Assembly (NCBI GenBank): GCA_963827985.1
Contig: CAWHDI010000015.1
Span: 1 to 27,235, forward strand
Length of the DNA: 27,235 nucleotides
DNA from: an uncultured Chloroflexia bacterium
GTDB lineage: Bacteria; Chloroflexota; Dehalococcoidia; GIF9; UBA5629
Reading direction: 5' to 3'
Under the pieces are notes generated by a model, which did no database searches, was not told the DNA's origin, and was given only the letters and a program-made list of their open reading frames with translations. Position 1 is the first letter of the stretch. Each line of letters opens with the position of its first letter. Position numbers and translations under genes: made by a program. Of this stretch, positions 27,158 to 27,235 are shown one piece after another.

Positions 27158-27235
27158 ATGATCAAGCCCAAGTCCAACCGCACGCTGCGGGTCAACGAAC
27201 TCATCCAGCGCGAAATCAGCGCCTACCTGCACACG
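27158..27235 (+). CDS. rbfA: Ribosome-binding factor A, N-terminal 26 codons (runs off the window end)
   Basis: MIKPKSNRTLRVNELIQREISAYLHT fits the RbfA N-terminal pattern (basic residue-R-x-x-R-V-x-x-x-I-x-x-E-I-S). It follows infB as in the conserved nusA-infB-rbfA order. Confidence 0.5.
   Translation, partial: MIKPKSNRTLRVNELIQREISAYLHT

Noticed and set aside
1-27235. CRISPR arrays, tRNA/rRNA genes, transposases/integrases, toxin-antitoxin or other defence modules
   Set aside because: I looked for regularly spaced direct repeats, cloverleaf-sized conserved RNA segments, and nuclease/recombinase-like ORFs. None were found, and every ORF of 60 aa or more is otherwise accounted for.

Overview
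The window is a bacterial chromosomal segment of about 52-55% GC, running from position 1 to roughly 26,860. Abundant Pro/Thr- and Ser/Thr-rich linkers, Ycf48/BNR-like surface proteins and apparently leaderless promoters suggest a Chloroflexi-like organism (low-confidence inference).

It is an accessory-type mix of envelope, surface and signalling genes:
- a multi-TM Cache sensor that runs off the 5' edge;
- a coiled-coil lipoprotein;
- an acyl-CoA synthetase;
- a tandem-DUF5666 lipoprotein and a small secreted beta-sandwich protein;
- a MacAB-like tripartite efflux operon (membrane fusion protein, ATPase, FtsX permease);
- a ~3.3 kb BNR/FN3 surface-protein gene;
- a flotillin (SPFH) operon with a small membrane protein and a methyltransferase;
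- a CarbopepD-like surface protein, a Trp-rich secreted peptide and a CARDB protein;
- a membrane GGDEF diguanylate cyclase;
- a Leu/Glu-type amino-acid dehydrogenase translationally coupled to a methyltransferase;
- a PaaK/CapK-like ligase, an SDR reductase and a D-aminoacylase-family amidohydrolase.

The most striking structural observation is a high and clustered density of +/-1 frameshifts, many at homopolymer runs. The BNR gene has at least 10, the PaaK-like gene at least 6, and the sensor, lipoprotein, MFP, ABC ATPase, SDR and carbamate-kinase fragment one or two each. About 13 kb of other long genes are perfectly intact.

The last ~375 bp jump to about 70% GC. There a truncated carbamate-kinase 3' fragment on the minus strand abuts a truncated infB 3' end followed by rbfA on the plus strand. 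This looks like a chimeric assembly join.

No CRISPR array, tRNA, rRNA, transposase or obvious defence system is present. I see no single 'novel system'. The findings worth follow-up are the frameshift/chimera pattern, the leaderless promoter architecture, the surface-protein locus with shared C-terminal anchors, and a small Trp-rich secreted peptide.

Coordinates of short motifs may be off by +/-1-2 nt.
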